Notes: generated by a model not told the origin, from the sequence alone. Shown: positions 27,788-38,160, counted from the stretch's first letter. The stretch: DNA of 64,000 nt from Candidatus Xenobia bacterium (GCA_045863235.1 BTUM01000039.1:8025-72024), one strand, 5' to 3'. A program made the numbers and translations.

Positions 27788-29452
27788 TCAGCCCTCGGGC
27801 GGCGGCGGCGCGGCCGGCACCTCGACCTGGGCAAAGCGCACTTGGGAGGCGTTGCCCACGTTGTCGAGCACTTCCAGGGCCACGTGCAGGGTGCGTGCCT
27901 CGGCCGCTGGCTCGACCGCGATGCTGGCTCGCTCCAGGGTGCCGGTGGCCGCGGGACGGGCGGTGGCGATCAGCCGGGCCGCCTGCAGATCCTCGATCGG
28001 CTGGTCGCTGACCCGCAGCCTGTAAGCGGCGGCCTGGCCGCACCAGGAGTCGTCTCCGGTGGCGGTCCACTGCATGGTCACGCGGTCGGGAGCTGTCTCG
28101 ACCGCCCGCAGGTCATTGGGAGCAGCCGGGGCCACCTGGTCGTTCTCCACCGCCCGGGCGGCGTTGAGCCGTCCGCCCGTCGTGCTGCGGCCCTGCATGG
28201 CTTCCACCGGGTCGGTGCTGAGCAACAGGCGCTGCTTGATCTCTTCGTTGCTGGCCTGGGGGTAGGCGGTAGCGATGAGGCCAGCCACCCCGCTCACATG
28301 AGGCGTTGCCATCGAGGTGCCGTTGTAGGCCGCGTAGCCGTTGTTGGGCACGGTGGAGAGAATGCTGACACCGGGCGCGGCCAGGTGCACGGTCTGGGCG
28401 CCGTAGCACGAGAAGCGCGCCTTCTGGTCATTGTGGTCGGTGGCGGCCACGGCCACCATGTTGGGCATGTCGTAGGAGCTGGGATAGAACGGACGCTGGT
28501 CGTTATCGGTGCCGTTGTTTCCGGCACCGGCGATGTGCAGTGCCGGCGAGCTGGCGAAGGCGTCGAAGAGGGCCTGTGAATAGGCCCCCCCGCCCCACGA
28601 GTTCGAGGTGATGCGGGCCCCCATCTGGGTGGCATAGGCCACGCCCCGCAGAATGGTGGCAGCGTTGGTGGTGGGGGAGGAGCCAGCGAAGATCTTGATG
28701 GGCATCAGGCGGGCCTGCCAGTTCACCCCGACCACGCCCTGATTGTTGTTGCCCTCGGCTCCGATGGTGCCGGATACGTGCGTGCCGTGGAAGTGCTCGT
28801 CCACCGGGTTGCCGTGCTGGTTGTAAGCGTCGTAGCCGTGCACGTCGTCCACCACGCCGTTGCCGTCGTCGTCGATGCCGTTGCCAGGAATTTCGCCCGG
28901 GTTGGTCCACAGGTTGTTGACCAGGTCCGGATGGCTCATGTCCATCCCTGTGTCGATGACGGCGATGACCGGAGCGTCCGCCTGGTTGGAGCCGCGCACC
29001 GTGGCCCAGGCCCCCGGGGCGGAGATGTCCGCGCCGGCGGTGCCGCCGGTCTGTCCCTGGTTGTTCAGGCCCCAAAGGTCGGGGTGCAGGTCGTTGGGGG
29101 CCTCAGCCAGCGCATAGGTGAAGTTGGGCTCGACCCAGGCCACCCGGCCGTCCTCGCCCATCCGGCTCAGGGCCTGCTCGACGCTTGTGCCTGTCGGCAG
29201 GGACAGACGCAGCCACTGCTCCGCGCTCTCTTGCAGGGTTGGTCCAAGTTTGAACCGCTCGGCCACGCTGGCGCCATAGTCGGAGGCGAAGTCAGACAGG
29301 CCGGAGCCGCTCTTGAGCTTGACGAGCACCTCGCCGGGCACGTGGTCGGGCAGGGGGGCCGACTCCATCCGGTCGGAGGGGGTTCTCGCGGCTGCCGGGG
29401 CGCTGCGAGTCGGGAGAGCGATGGGCTGGTTGGCAAGCGGTCGGATCATCAT
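27788..29452 (-). CDS. S8 subtilisin-family serine protease with propeptide and C-terminal Fn3-like domain
   Basis: VIAVIDTG, HGTHVSGTIG and GTSMATPHV triad. Start placed at MMIRP because the upstream ORF part is antisense to the archaemetzincin gene. Confidence 0.93.
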   Translation of the reverse strand: MMIRPLANQPIALPTRSAPAAARTPSDRMESAPLPDHVPGEVLVKLKSGSGLSDFASDYGASVAERFKLGPTLQESAEQWLRLSLPTGTSVEQALSRMGEDGRVAWVEPNFTYALAEAPNDLHPDLWGLNNQGQTGGTAGADISAPGAWATVRGSNQADAPVIAVIDTGMDMSHPDLVNNLWTNPGEIPGNGIDDDGNGVVDDVHGYDAYNQHGNPVDEHFHGTHVSGTIGAEGNNNQGVVGVNWQARLMPIKIFAGSSPTTNAATILRGVAYATQMGARITSNSWGGGAYSQALFDAFASSPALHIAGAGNNGTDNDQRPFYPSSYDMPNMVAVAATDHNDQKARFSCYGAQTVHLAAPGVSILSTVPNNGYAAYNGTSMATPHVSGVAGLIATAYPQASNEEIKQRLLLSTDPVEAMQGRSTTGGRLNAARAVENDQVAPAAPNDLRAVETAPDRVTMQWTATGDDSWCGQAAAYRLRVSDQPIEDLQAARLIATARPAATGTLERASIAVEPAAEARTLHVALEVLDNVGNASQVRFAQVEVPAAPPPPEG

Positions 29453-29536
29453 GGCGGGAGCATCGTAGCTCGTCTCGCCCAGGGAAAGATGAACTTTTGT
29501 GCAACCTTTATCCAGGAGGACGGTTTTAGCATCCAG

Positions 29537-30343
29537 GTGAGAGCTGCGGTTCTGGCGATGGTGTTGATCCTGACGTCGGGTCTGGCCCTGGCCGACAGCC
29601 CCGCGTTGGAGCGGGCCTTCGAGCCCGGTGGTTTCTTTCGCCCCTACCCTGGTCGACCCGGACGGTACCGCTCCTTCGAGAGCTTCACCCGCGGCTATCA
29701 CATCCGCCCCACCGAGAGCCGTCGCACCATCGTGCTGGTGCCCATCGGAGAGTTGCCCTCCGAACTCGAGCTCGAGCCCCTGGTGGGCTTCCTGGAGGCG
29801 TTCTTCCAGGTGCCGGCTCGGGTTTCCGAGGGCCGCGAGACGGGCCCCTCGGGGCTGATCGGAAAGTGGTCGGCCGACGCCATCCAGCGCTCCTTGAGGG
29901 CTGACCTGCCTCCGGACGCCCTCTCGGTGCTGGGCCTGACGATGGTCGATCTCTATGCCGAGGACTCCGATCCTCGGCGACAACTGTTCGGTCAGGGCCA
30001 CTACTACAACCGCACCGCCGTGGCCAGCCTGAACCGCCTCCATACCCGGCACAGCGAGCTGCTTTATCACCGAGCCTTCAAGCTGGCTGCCCATGAGCTG
30101 ACCCACACCTTCGGCCTGCGTCACTGCACCCGCTACCGGTGCCTGATGAATTCCTCCGGCAGCGTGGCCCAGAGCGATGCGCGGCCCCTCGAGCTCTGTC
30201 CCGAGTGCTTGCGCCGACTCCACCACCTGGTCGGCTTTGATCCCGTGGAACGTTGCCAGGACCTGAATGAGGCTACCCGAATCGCCCTGCCGGAGGACAG
30301 CGAGTGGTTCCGAGCGCGCCACGGCTTTCTGATCGCCCCCTGA
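29537..30343 (+). CDS. Archaemetzincin (peptidase M54), exported
   Basis: HELTHTFGLRHC..YRCLMN and LCPEC. Signal peptide. Exact start uncertain. Confidence 0.88.
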   Translation: MRAAVLAMVLILTSGLALADSPALERAFEPGGFFRPYPGRPGRYRSFESFTRGYHIRPTESRRTIVLVPIGELPSELELEPLVGFLEAFFQVPARVSEGRETGPSGLIGKWSADAIQRSLRADLPPDALSVLGLTMVDLYAEDSDPRRQLFGQGHYYNRTAVASLNRLHTRHSELLYHRAFKLAAHELTHTFGLRHCTRYRCLMNSSGSVAQSDARPLELCPECLRRLHHLVGFDPVERCQDLNEATRIALPEDSEWFRARHGFLIAP

Positions 30344-30360
30344 TCGTGTAGAATATTGTC

Positions 30361-31371
30361 GTGAAGAGCTTTTTCAAACTCTGGCTGGTTGTTCTGGCCC
30401 TGCTGCTGCCGGGCCGAGCTCAGGAGTCGCTGCCCGACCCCTCCACCTTCGGTCGCTCGGACAGCCTGGCCATCTTCGTCGTGCGGGCTCGCTCGGAGGA
30501 TAGCGGCTTTCGCCAGATGCTGGCCACCGCCGTCAACGGGGCCCAGGCCCAGAAGGGGGCTCCTTCCCTGGCCAGCTTCCTCTCGTCATTCCTCAGCCTG
30601 CGCAGCCAGGAGGAGATGCTGTTGGCGGCCCTGCCCCTGCAGTGGGTGCGGGTGGATTCGGTGGGCCCCGATGGCCGGCTGCTCTCCAACGTGGCCATCA
30701 CCCTGGCCGGTTGGCGCGGCTTTCAGACGCTGATCTACAACGCCCTGACCGCCGGGCCCGAGGGGAAGCCTTACGAGAAGCGCCTGCACCAGGGCGAGGA
30801 GATCGTGCTGCGCGATGGCTGGCAAAGTCCGGGGGCGCGCCTGGTGCTGGCAAGGGTGAACGGCACGTTTCTCAACTGCTCCACACCCGATCAGGCCCGC
30901 TACCAGATCGATCGCCTGTTGGGCAAGGATCAGAGCCCGCTCCAGGGCCCGCTCTGGCACGCGTACTCGCAGCTGGCTCAGGACAAAGACGCTTTTGGAG
31001 TCATCCTCAACCGCAGCGGCTCGCTCTTGAAGGTGCTGGAGTGGGTCAACCGGGCCGATACCCAGCGAGTGCGGGAGAAGCTTGGCTCGGAGCGGTTCGA
31101 GCGAGCCGCCGAGCTGGTCGAGAGCGCGTCCTGGGAGGCCGACGTGGTCTCCGATGATCGCATCGACATCGAGGTGCGCTTTTCGACCGCCGGCCGGCCC
31201 CAGGCCGAGGAGCTGGCGCTGTTGCTGGAGGAGGCCCGCGAGGTTCTGGACCAGGAAGGGCGAATGGGGGATTTCTACCTCACGATGACTCCCGAAGGCG
31301 TAAAAATAGGCTTTGCGATGGTGGGCTTCCACGACCTGGTCAGCCGCTATCTCGGGACGGTGAGGATCTGA
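30361..31371 (+). CDS. Hypothetical exported protein
   Basis: Signal peptide MKSFFKLWLVVLALLLPGRA. TAGAAT 6 nt before GTG. Confidence 0.8.
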   Translation: MKSFFKLWLVVLALLLPGRAQESLPDPSTFGRSDSLAIFVVRARSEDSGFRQMLATAVNGAQAQKGAPSLASFLSSFLSLRSQEEMLLAALPLQWVRVDSVGPDGRLLSNVAITLAGWRGFQTLIYNALTAGPEGKPYEKRLHQGEEIVLRDGWQSPGARLVLARVNGTFLNCSTPDQARYQIDRLLGKDQSPLQGPLWHAYSQLAQDKDAFGVILNRSGSLLKVLEWVNRADTQRVREKLGSERFERAAELVESASWEADVVSDDRIDIEVRFSTAGRPQAEELALLLEEAREVLDQEGRMGDFYLTMTPEGVKIGFAMVGFHDLVSRYLGTVRI

Positions 31372-31493
31372 CGCCGTGCAAGTCGCCGCCACCTTGACCC
31401 GATCTCCTTCCACATCTGCTGGCCCTCCGGATGGTTCCGGGTGAGCGTGACGATCCAGGAGGAGTGAATTTTATTCAAGGCGAACCACCCTTC

Positions 31494-32960
31494 ATGCCCT
31501 GCACCCTCTCGGCCGTCCAATCTGTCCTTCCCCAGGCCTACCTGCACGGCGGGGGTGGCGCCGAGTTCAGCGGCCTGACCGCCTCCTCGCGCGAGGCCAA
31601 CCCCGGATCGCTCTTCGTCTGCCTGCCCGGAGCCCGGACTGACGGCCACCAATTCGCGCCCGACGCGGTGGCTCGCGGAGCTGTCGGGCTGGTCGTAGAG
31701 CGGGTCCTCCCCGAGCTGCACGTGCCCCAGCTGGTGGTGCCCAGCTCGCAGCTGGCTCTGGCCCACCTGGCCGCGCTCTTCACCGGTCGCCCCACCGACC
31801 GTTTGACCACGGTCGGGATTACCGGCACCAACGGCAAGTCTACGACCACCTTCCTGGCCGAGGCGGTGCTGCGGGCGGGGGGCTACGACCCGGGGCTGAT
31901 CGGCACCATCGAGGCCCGGGTCGGGAGCGAGCGGCGCACGCTGCCCAACACCACACCGGACAGTCTGACTCTGTACCGGCTCTTCTCCGAGATGGTGGCC
32001 GCCGGACAGGACGCCGTGGTCATGGAGGTCAGCTCCATCGGCCTGGAGGCCGGGCGGGTGCACCAGATTCCTTTCGATGTAGCTGTTTTTACGAACCTGA
32101 CTCAAGACCATCTCGACTACCACAAGACCATGAAGGCATACCAGGAAGCCAAACGGCGCCTCTTCACCGAGCACCAGGTGGCGGGTCGGCGCCATGAGCC
32201 GGCCGCCGTGGTGAACCTGGACGATCCGGCCGGAGCCTCGATGCTGGAAGGCTTTCGGGGCCAGAAGCTGACCTACGGACGCAGCTCCGAGGCCATGCTG
32301 CGGGCCAGCGACATCGAGCCGCGCGAGGCCGGAGTCTTCTTTCGCTTCACCGACCCGGCTGGGGCGACCCATCCAGTGCAGTTGGGGCTGGGAGGTCTTT
32401 TCAACGTGGCCAACGCTCTGGCCGCTCTGGGTATCGCCTGGGCGCTTGGCATCGAGCCCGGAAGGGCCGTGGCTGCGCTGGAGTCGGTGGACAGCGTGCC
32501 GGGCCGCTTTCAGGAGATCCGTCAGGGTCAGGACTTTCGGGTGGTGGTGGATTACGCTCACACCCCGGACGGACTCAAGAACCTGCTCGAGTCGGCTCGC
32601 CGGGTGAGCGCCGGGCGAGTGCTGGTGGTCTTCGGCTGCGGGGGCGACCGCGACCGCGGGAAGCGCCCCCAGATGGGAAAGTTGGCCGGAGATCTGGCCG
32701 ACGTGGTGATCGTGACCAGCGACAACCCGCGCTCGGAGGATCCGCTGGCCATCTTGACTGACATCGAAGGCGGGCTGGTGGGCAAGAGCTACACCCTGGA
32801 GCCTGATCGAGCCCGGGCCATCGCCCTGGCCATCGACCAGGCTCGATCAGGCGACGTGGTGGTCATCGCTGGCAAGGGCCACGAGAACTACCAGATCGTG
32901 GGCAGCCAGGTGCTCGCCTTCGACGACGCCGAGGTGGCTCGCGAGGCGTTGCGTCGATGA
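31494..32960 (+). CDS. murE: UDP-MurNAc-tripeptide synthetase (likely meso-DAP adding)
   Basis: GITGTNGKST, NLTQDHLDYH, DYAHTPDG, FGCGGDRD, DNPR, AGKGHE. Confidence 0.96.
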   Translation: MPCTLSAVQSVLPQAYLHGGGGAEFSGLTASSREANPGSLFVCLPGARTDGHQFAPDAVARGAVGLVVERVLPELHVPQLVVPSSQLALAHLAALFTGRPTDRLTTVGITGTNGKSTTTFLAEAVLRAGGYDPGLIGTIEARVGSERRTLPNTTPDSLTLYRLFSEMVAAGQDAVVMEVSSIGLEAGRVHQIPFDVAVFTNLTQDHLDYHKTMKAYQEAKRRLFTEHQVAGRRHEPAAVVNLDDPAGASMLEGFRGQKLTYGRSSEAMLRASDIEPREAGVFFRFTDPAGATHPVQLGLGGLFNVANALAALGIAWALGIEPGRAVAALESVDSVPGRFQEIRQGQDFRVVVDYAHTPDGLKNLLESARRVSAGRVLVVFGCGGDRDRGKRPQMGKLAGDLADVVIVTSDNPRSEDPLAILTDIEGGLVGKSYTLEPDRARAIALAIDQARSGDVVVIAGKGHENYQIVGSQVLAFDDAEVAREALRR

Positions 32961-34330
32961 GCCTCTGGTCGCTCGACCAGGTCGCGCGAGCTACCGGCGG
33001 CACGCTGACACCTTTTTCGGGACTGGAGCTGACGGGTATCTCCACCGATACTCGAAGCCTGGTGCCTGGCAACCTGTTCGTGCCCCTGGTTGGACCCGAC
33101 TATGACGGCCACGACTTCGTGGAGAAGGCCTTCGAGGCCGGTGCCGCGGCCACGCTGTGGGCCCGTCCCGGCGAGCCGGGTCGGCGCCCCGCCGTGCAGG
33201 TCGCGGATACCCTGGCCGCGTACCAGGATCTGGCCCGCTTTCACCGACGCCGTCTGGCCATCCCCGTGGTGGCCGTGACGGGGTCGGCCGGCAAGACCAC
33301 CACCAAGGAGCTGTGTGCCGCCGTGCTGGGCTCGCGCTTTGAGGTGCACAAGACCGCTAAGAACTACAACAACGAGGTGGGCGTGCCTCGGACTTTGCTC
33401 GAGCTGGAGCCTTCCCATCAGGTGGCGGTGGTGGAGATGGCCATGCGCGGGGCCGGCCAGATTCGCCAGTTGGCCCGCCTGGCCGATACCCGGGTGGCCT
33501 TGATCAGCAGCATCGGGGAGGCTCATATCGAGCTTCTCGGCTCGCGCGAGGCCATCTGCGACGCCAAGGGCGAGCTGCTCGAGGAGCTCGGGCCGGGGGC
33601 GACGGCCGTGCTGCCGGCCGAGTGCGAGTTCTTCGAGCGGCTCAAGAGCCGCACCCGATGCGAGGTGCTGAGCTTCGCGGTGGAGGGTCCGGCCGACGTG
33701 CGGGCAGTGCAGCTGGAGTCACGCGGGGTGCTGGGCTGGCGGTTGGAGGTCGATTGCCTGGGGCGGCGTTCGGAGCTGGAGTTCCCCGCCCCCGGCCGGC
33801 ACAACTTGAGCAACCTGATGGGTGTTCTGGCCGTGGCGGCGATTTTCGGGGTGACTCCCGAGGAGGCGGCCCCGGCTATTGCCGCTTTCCGGGGCGCCGA
33901 GCTGCGCATGGAGGTGCGCCAGTTGGAGGCCGGGGTGGTGCTGCTCAACGACAGCTATAACGCCTCCCCCGCCGCCATGGAGGGGGCTCTGGAGGTGCTG
34001 GGCTCGGCGACCGGTCGGCGTCTGGCCGTGCTGGGCGATATGCTCGAGCTGGGCTCTTTTGCCCCCGAGTTGCACCGCCGCGTGGGCGAGGCGGCTCGAC
34101 GCCAGAAACTGGACGTGCTGGTGGCGGTGGGGGAGGAGAGCCGGGCCCTGGCCGAGGCCGCCCGGGGCGGCTCAGGCGAAGTGCACTGGGCCCCCGACCG
34201 CGAGCAGGCCTGGGAGCTGTTGCGCCCTCGCCTCTCGCCGGGCGACACGGTGCTGGTCAAAGCCTCCCGCGGCATGGGGCTGGACTGGGTGGCCCAGCGC
34301 CTGCAGGAGGTTCCTCTTCCGCTCAGCTAA
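32957..34330 (+). CDS. murF: UDP-MurNAc-tripeptide--D-Ala-D-Ala ligase
   Basis: VTGSAGKTTTKE, NYNNEVGVP, NDSYNASP, LGDMLELG, VKASRG. ATGA overlap with murE. Confidence 0.96.
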   Translation: MSLWSLDQVARATGGTLTPFSGLELTGISTDTRSLVPGNLFVPLVGPDYDGHDFVEKAFEAGAAATLWARPGEPGRRPAVQVADTLAAYQDLARFHRRRLAIPVVAVTGSAGKTTTKELCAAVLGSRFEVHKTAKNYNNEVGVPRTLLELEPSHQVAVVEMAMRGAGQIRQLARLADTRVALISSIGEAHIELLGSREAICDAKGELLEELGPGATAVLPAECEFFERLKSRTRCEVLSFAVEGPADVRAVQLESRGVLGWRLEVDCLGRRSELEFPAPGRHNLSNLMGVLAVAAIFGVTPEEAAPAIAAFRGAELRMEVRQLEAGVVLLNDSYNASPAAMEGALEVLGSATGRRLAVLGDMLELGSFAPELHRRVGEAARRQKLDVLVAVGEESRALAEAARGGSGEVHWAPDREQAWELLRPRLSPGDTVLVKASRGMGLDWVAQRLQEVPLPLS

Positions 34331-34336
34331 GGCCGG

Positions 34337-35113
34337 TTACAGGGTGGAGTTACGCTTCTGAAGGGTGCTCAGATACTTCTTCAGAGCTTTGTGGACTGTG
34401 GGCTCGAGGCTGGCAAAGCGCGTGCGGATGACGAACAGGTCCTCCTTCTCCCGGTCCTCGCGACAGATGACCACGCTGCCCGGCACTTCGATGGCGGCCA
34501 GGCTTTCCAGGGGACCGATCTTCAAGATCACTTCGATGCCGGATGCGCAGTGACCGTTGAGCTGGGCCTTGGCCCCCCCGCCCGAGAGGTCGATCAGCCG
34601 ACCCGAGCCGATGCGGGATCCGTCCTTGGTGGCGGTGATCTCCACCGGCAGCCCGGAGCCCAGGCGAATGAAGCGTCGGCGCTCGGCCGCCTTGGCCTTC
34701 TCGTGGTAGCCCAGTTTCTCCAGGTAGGGCCCCACCCAGGTCGACTTGAGGTTCTCGGGCCGGCAGGCAAAGTGCACGCCCAGGTAGACCCGCCCGGTTT
34801 CGCCGATGCGCCGCCGCCACATCACCTCGGCAGGGATGGGCGGGCCCAGCGAGCCGGTCTTCTTGTCGGCGATGGTGATGACCAGCTTGGAGGACTTCTT
34901 GACCTTCTCGCGCTCGGAGGCTTCCAATCGCATACCGGTGCTGCCGATGTCGGTGGAGAGTGCGTGGAAGGCAGCTCCCTCGGCTTTGCACTGCACGTTG
35001 ATATGGCAGGGCAGGCGATAGGAGGTGCGCTTCTCCTCCATGCTCATCGCGTCATCCTTGTTGCCGCCCAGCAGCGACTTGAGGCTTTCAAACAGGTTTT
35101 CGAACAGGGTCAT
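34337..35113 (-). CDS. Tandem PilZ-domain protein
   Basis: RTSYR...DIGSTG and RRFIR...DLSGGG (RxxxR and DxSxxG-like motifs). Confidence 0.88.
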   Translation of the reverse strand: MTLFENLFESLKSLLGGNKDDAMSMEEKRTSYRLPCHINVQCKAEGAAFHALSTDIGSTGMRLEASEREKVKKSSKLVITIADKKTGSLGPPIPAEVMWRRRIGETGRVYLGVHFACRPENLKSTWVGPYLEKLGYHEKAKAAERRRFIRLGSGLPVEITATKDGSRIGSGRLIDLSGGGAKAQLNGHCASGIEVILKIGPLESLAAIEVPGSVVICREDREKEDLFVIRTRFASLEPTVHKALKKYLSTLQKRNSTL

Positions 35114-35478
35114 TCTCCCAGTATCTCCTTGACGCGCGTGATCACTTTGCGAGGCGAGAACGGCTTGGTGATGTACTCGTTGGCCCCGCTTTCGAGGCTG
35201 TTGAGGCGGTCGGCTTCCTGGCCCTTGGCGGTGATCATCACGATGTAGACGTCCTTGCGTTCGGGGTGGTCGCGCAGCTGGCGACAGACCGAGTTGCCGT
35301 CCATTCGCGGCATCTGGATGTCGAGCAGCAAAAGGTCGGGTCGATCGGCCAGCGCCTTCTCCAGGGCCTCCTGGCCATCCACGGCCGTCAGCACACGGTA
35401 GCCCTCTTTCTTGAGGATGAACTCCAAAGAGCGCAGCACGAAGGGCTCGTCGTCGGCTACCAGGATGGTCTTGCCCAT
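35110..35478 (-). CDS. Single-domain response regulator
   Basis: ILVADDE, LLDIQMP, ITAK, KPF. Confidence 0.94.
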   Translation of the reverse strand: MGKTILVADDEPFVLRSLEFILKKEGYRVLTAVDGQEALEKALADRPDLLLLDIQMPRMDGNSVCRQLRDHPERKDVYIVMITAKGQEADRLNSLESGANEYITKPFSPRKVITRVKEILGE

Positions 35479-35484
35479 AGGTCC

Positions 35485-37983
35485 TCAGCTTTCGGTGGCC
35501 GACTCATCTCCCCCTGGCGAGAGAGCGGTTTCGGTCAGGAGATTGCGCACCAGGCTGGCCAACTCCCCCTCCGAGAAGGGCTTGGTCAGGATGGTGTTGG
35601 CCCCCATTCCCAGGGCCACGGTGCGGTCGTCTCGGGGAGCGGCCGTGAGCACCACGATGGGAATGTTGGCCGTCTCGGGGTTGTGCTTGAGCTCGCGCAT
35701 CACGTCATGGCCCGAAACGCCTGGCATCTTGAGATCCAGCAGGATCAGGTCGGGGGGGTGCTCGCGCACCGACTGCAGGGCCTCCTCGCCGTTCTGGGCG
35801 GTGCGCACCCGGTAGCCCCGGTTGAGGAAGATGGTGTTCAGGGCCAGCAGGATGTCGGGGTCGTCATCCACCAGCAGGATCTCGTTCTCCTGGCGGTTGG
35901 ACCAGGCCATCAGGCGGATGATGCGCTCGAGAAGCTTGTCCTTGTCGACCGGTTTGGCCAGGAAGTCGGCCGCGCCCAGGCGGAACAGTTTGGCTTCGTC
36001 CTCCACGATGGAGATGATCATGACCGGGATGTCCCGGGTGGCAGGCTCTTGCTTGAGCCGGGTGAGCACTTCCATCCCGTTGACGTCGGGCAGCATGACG
36101 TCCAGGCAGATCAGGTCAGGCTTGTCTTGCCTGGCCAGGGTGATGGCCTCGTCGCCGGTGCGCGCCTCGAGCACCTGATAGCCCTCCAGCTCGAGCACGT
36201 GACGCAGGAACCGGCGGATGTTGACCTCGTCGTCCACGACCAGCACCCGGCGGCCCAGTCCCCAGTCGGCCAGGCGGTGGCGGGGCAGGGTCAGCACCGG
36301 CAGGGGAGCGTCGTCCTCCAGCGGCAAGCGCACGATGAAGCGGCTCCCCCTTCCCAGCTGGCTGTCCACCGTCAGCGTGCCCTGATGGGCTTCCACGATG
36401 CTGCGCGCGATGGGCAGGCCCAGGCCAGTCCCTTTGATCTCGCGCGTCTCGGAGCTGTCCACCTGGCCGAACTTCTCGAAAATGCGCTGGTGGTGCTCGG
36501 GAGCGATGCCGATGCCGCTATCCTCGACCACCACCTCGACCTGGTTGGAGGGGGTGCGGCTGGCCAGCAGGCGCACCCGGCCTCCCGGCGGGGTGAACTT
36601 GATGGCGTTGCCGATCAGGTTGGTCAGCACCTGGATCAGCTTGTCCCGGTCGCCGGTCATGGGCAGCTTGGTCTCGGCCAGCACCTCGAACACCAGCCCC
36701 TTCTTGTCGGCCGCCCCCCGCAGCGAGTTGGCGGCGGCGTTGATGACCTCATAGATGTCCACCGGCTCCATGTCCCACTGCATGCGACCAGCCTCGATGC
36801 GTGAGAGGTCGAGCAGATTGTTGATCAAGCGGGTGAGCCGATCCGACTCCTTGTTGATGATCTCCAGGAACTCCATCTGGGTGTCGATGTCTTCGCCCCG
36901 GTTGTCGAGCAGGATCTCGGCAAAGGCCTTGATGGAGGTGAGGGGCGTGCGCAGCTCGTGGCTGACGGTGTTGAGGAACTCGGACTTGAGCTTGTCGAGC
37001 TCCTTGAGCTTCTCATTGACCCTCTGCAGCTCCTGGCGCGAGACCTCGAGATCGCGCCGCATCGAGCGCTCTTCCTCGAGTAGGATGCGCAGGTGTCGCA
37101 CCGTCTCGTTGACCCCCATGGCCAGCTGGCCCATCTCATCGTCTTCGCCCACCGGGGCCTGACCGGTGAGATCCCCCTCCATGACGCGCTCGGTGAAGTC
37201 GAGCAGTGTCTTGACGCGATACTGGAGCCTCTCGCGGGCCGCCTTCTCGAGCTGGATGCGGTCCTGCAGCTGCTCGGCCATCAGGTTGAGCGAGCGGCCC
37301 AGCAGGCCGACCTCGTCGCGCCGACGCGAGGAGGCACGGGCGGTCAGCTTGCCCCGGGCCAGATCGCGAGCCACCAGCGCCAGGCGCAACAAAGGCTCGG
37401 TGAAGCGGCGGGTGATCACGCCCATGAAAAGCACCGAGCCGGAGAGTAGGAGCAGGGTCAGCCCCGAGAGGTAGCGCCGGGAGCGGTCCAGGGCCCGGTT
37501 CAGGCTGTCCAGGCGCAGGCCTACCCGCACCGTGCCTTGACGCCGATCCACCATCACGGGCGCCGAGGCGTCCAACACCGGCAGCCCTCGGTACACGGTG
37601 AACTGCACTCGCTGGCCCTCAGCCGCAACCGCCGAGCGGGTATCCGGGTCCATCTCTCGCTTGCCCCGCTCGGAAGGCTCGGAATGAGCGATCACTTCGC
37701 CATCCTTGCCCAGGATCATCACGTAGGCCACGTCCTCGAGCCGCATGAACTGCTCGACATCCTTCTCCAGCTGGAAAAAGCTGAAGGTGCGCATCTGCTC
37801 GCCTGCCAGAAAGGCCAGCGCATCGGCCAGCGACAGAGCCCGCTTCTCGGTCTCGTGGCGCAGGATGTCCTCTTCGTGACGAACGATGATCACGAAGTTG
37901 AACACCATGAACACCAGCAGCAACGGCACGATGGCCAGCACCAGCTGACTGCGCAGGGTTTTGTAGGTGCCGGGCCGAGCCAT
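35485..37983 (-). CDS. Hybrid sensor histidine kinase (2 TM, 2 HAMP, HisKA, HATPase, 2 REC)
   Basis: SHELRTPL, NLIGNAIKF, DSGIG, GTGLGL and two receiver domains (LDVMLP, LDLKMP). Confidence 0.95.
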   Translation of the reverse strand: MARPGTYKTLRSQLVLAIVPLLLVFMVFNFVIIVRHEEDILRHETEKRALSLADALAFLAGEQMRTFSFFQLEKDVEQFMRLEDVAYVMILGKDGEVIAHSEPSERGKREMDPDTRSAVAAEGQRVQFTVYRGLPVLDASAPVMVDRRQGTVRVGLRLDSLNRALDRSRRYLSGLTLLLLSGSVLFMGVITRRFTEPLLRLALVARDLARGKLTARASSRRRDEVGLLGRSLNLMAEQLQDRIQLEKAARERLQYRVKTLLDFTERVMEGDLTGQAPVGEDDEMGQLAMGVNETVRHLRILLEEERSMRRDLEVSRQELQRVNEKLKELDKLKSEFLNTVSHELRTPLTSIKAFAEILLDNRGEDIDTQMEFLEIINKESDRLTRLINNLLDLSRIEAGRMQWDMEPVDIYEVINAAANSLRGAADKKGLVFEVLAETKLPMTGDRDKLIQVLTNLIGNAIKFTPPGGRVRLLASRTPSNQVEVVVEDSGIGIAPEHHQRIFEKFGQVDSSETREIKGTGLGLPIARSIVEAHQGTLTVDSQLGRGSRFIVRLPLEDDAPLPVLTLPRHRLADWGLGRRVLVVDDEVNIRRFLRHVLELEGYQVLEARTGDEAITLARQDKPDLICLDVMLPDVNGMEVLTRLKQEPATRDIPVMIISIVEDEAKLFRLGAADFLAKPVDKDKLLERIIRLMAWSNRQENEILLVDDDPDILLALNTIFLNRGYRVRTAQNGEEALQSVREHPPDLILLDLKMPGVSGHDVMRELKHNPETANIPIVVLTAAPRDDRTVALGMGANTILTKPFSEGELASLVRNLLTETALSPGGDESATES

Positions 37984-38160
37984 GAAGGCGGCTATTCTTC
38001 CTTGTCAGCGGGCTTCCTCGGACACAGCGACGCGGCGGCGAGTTCGTGAATATCCTTCCAGGGTTGTGAGCGACTCTCAGGGGCGTGCTCGCCTCGAAAT
38101 GTTGAGCCGAGGTGGGACAACTTCTCCCTCGAGTGCTATACTCGAATCAGACATGCGCAC

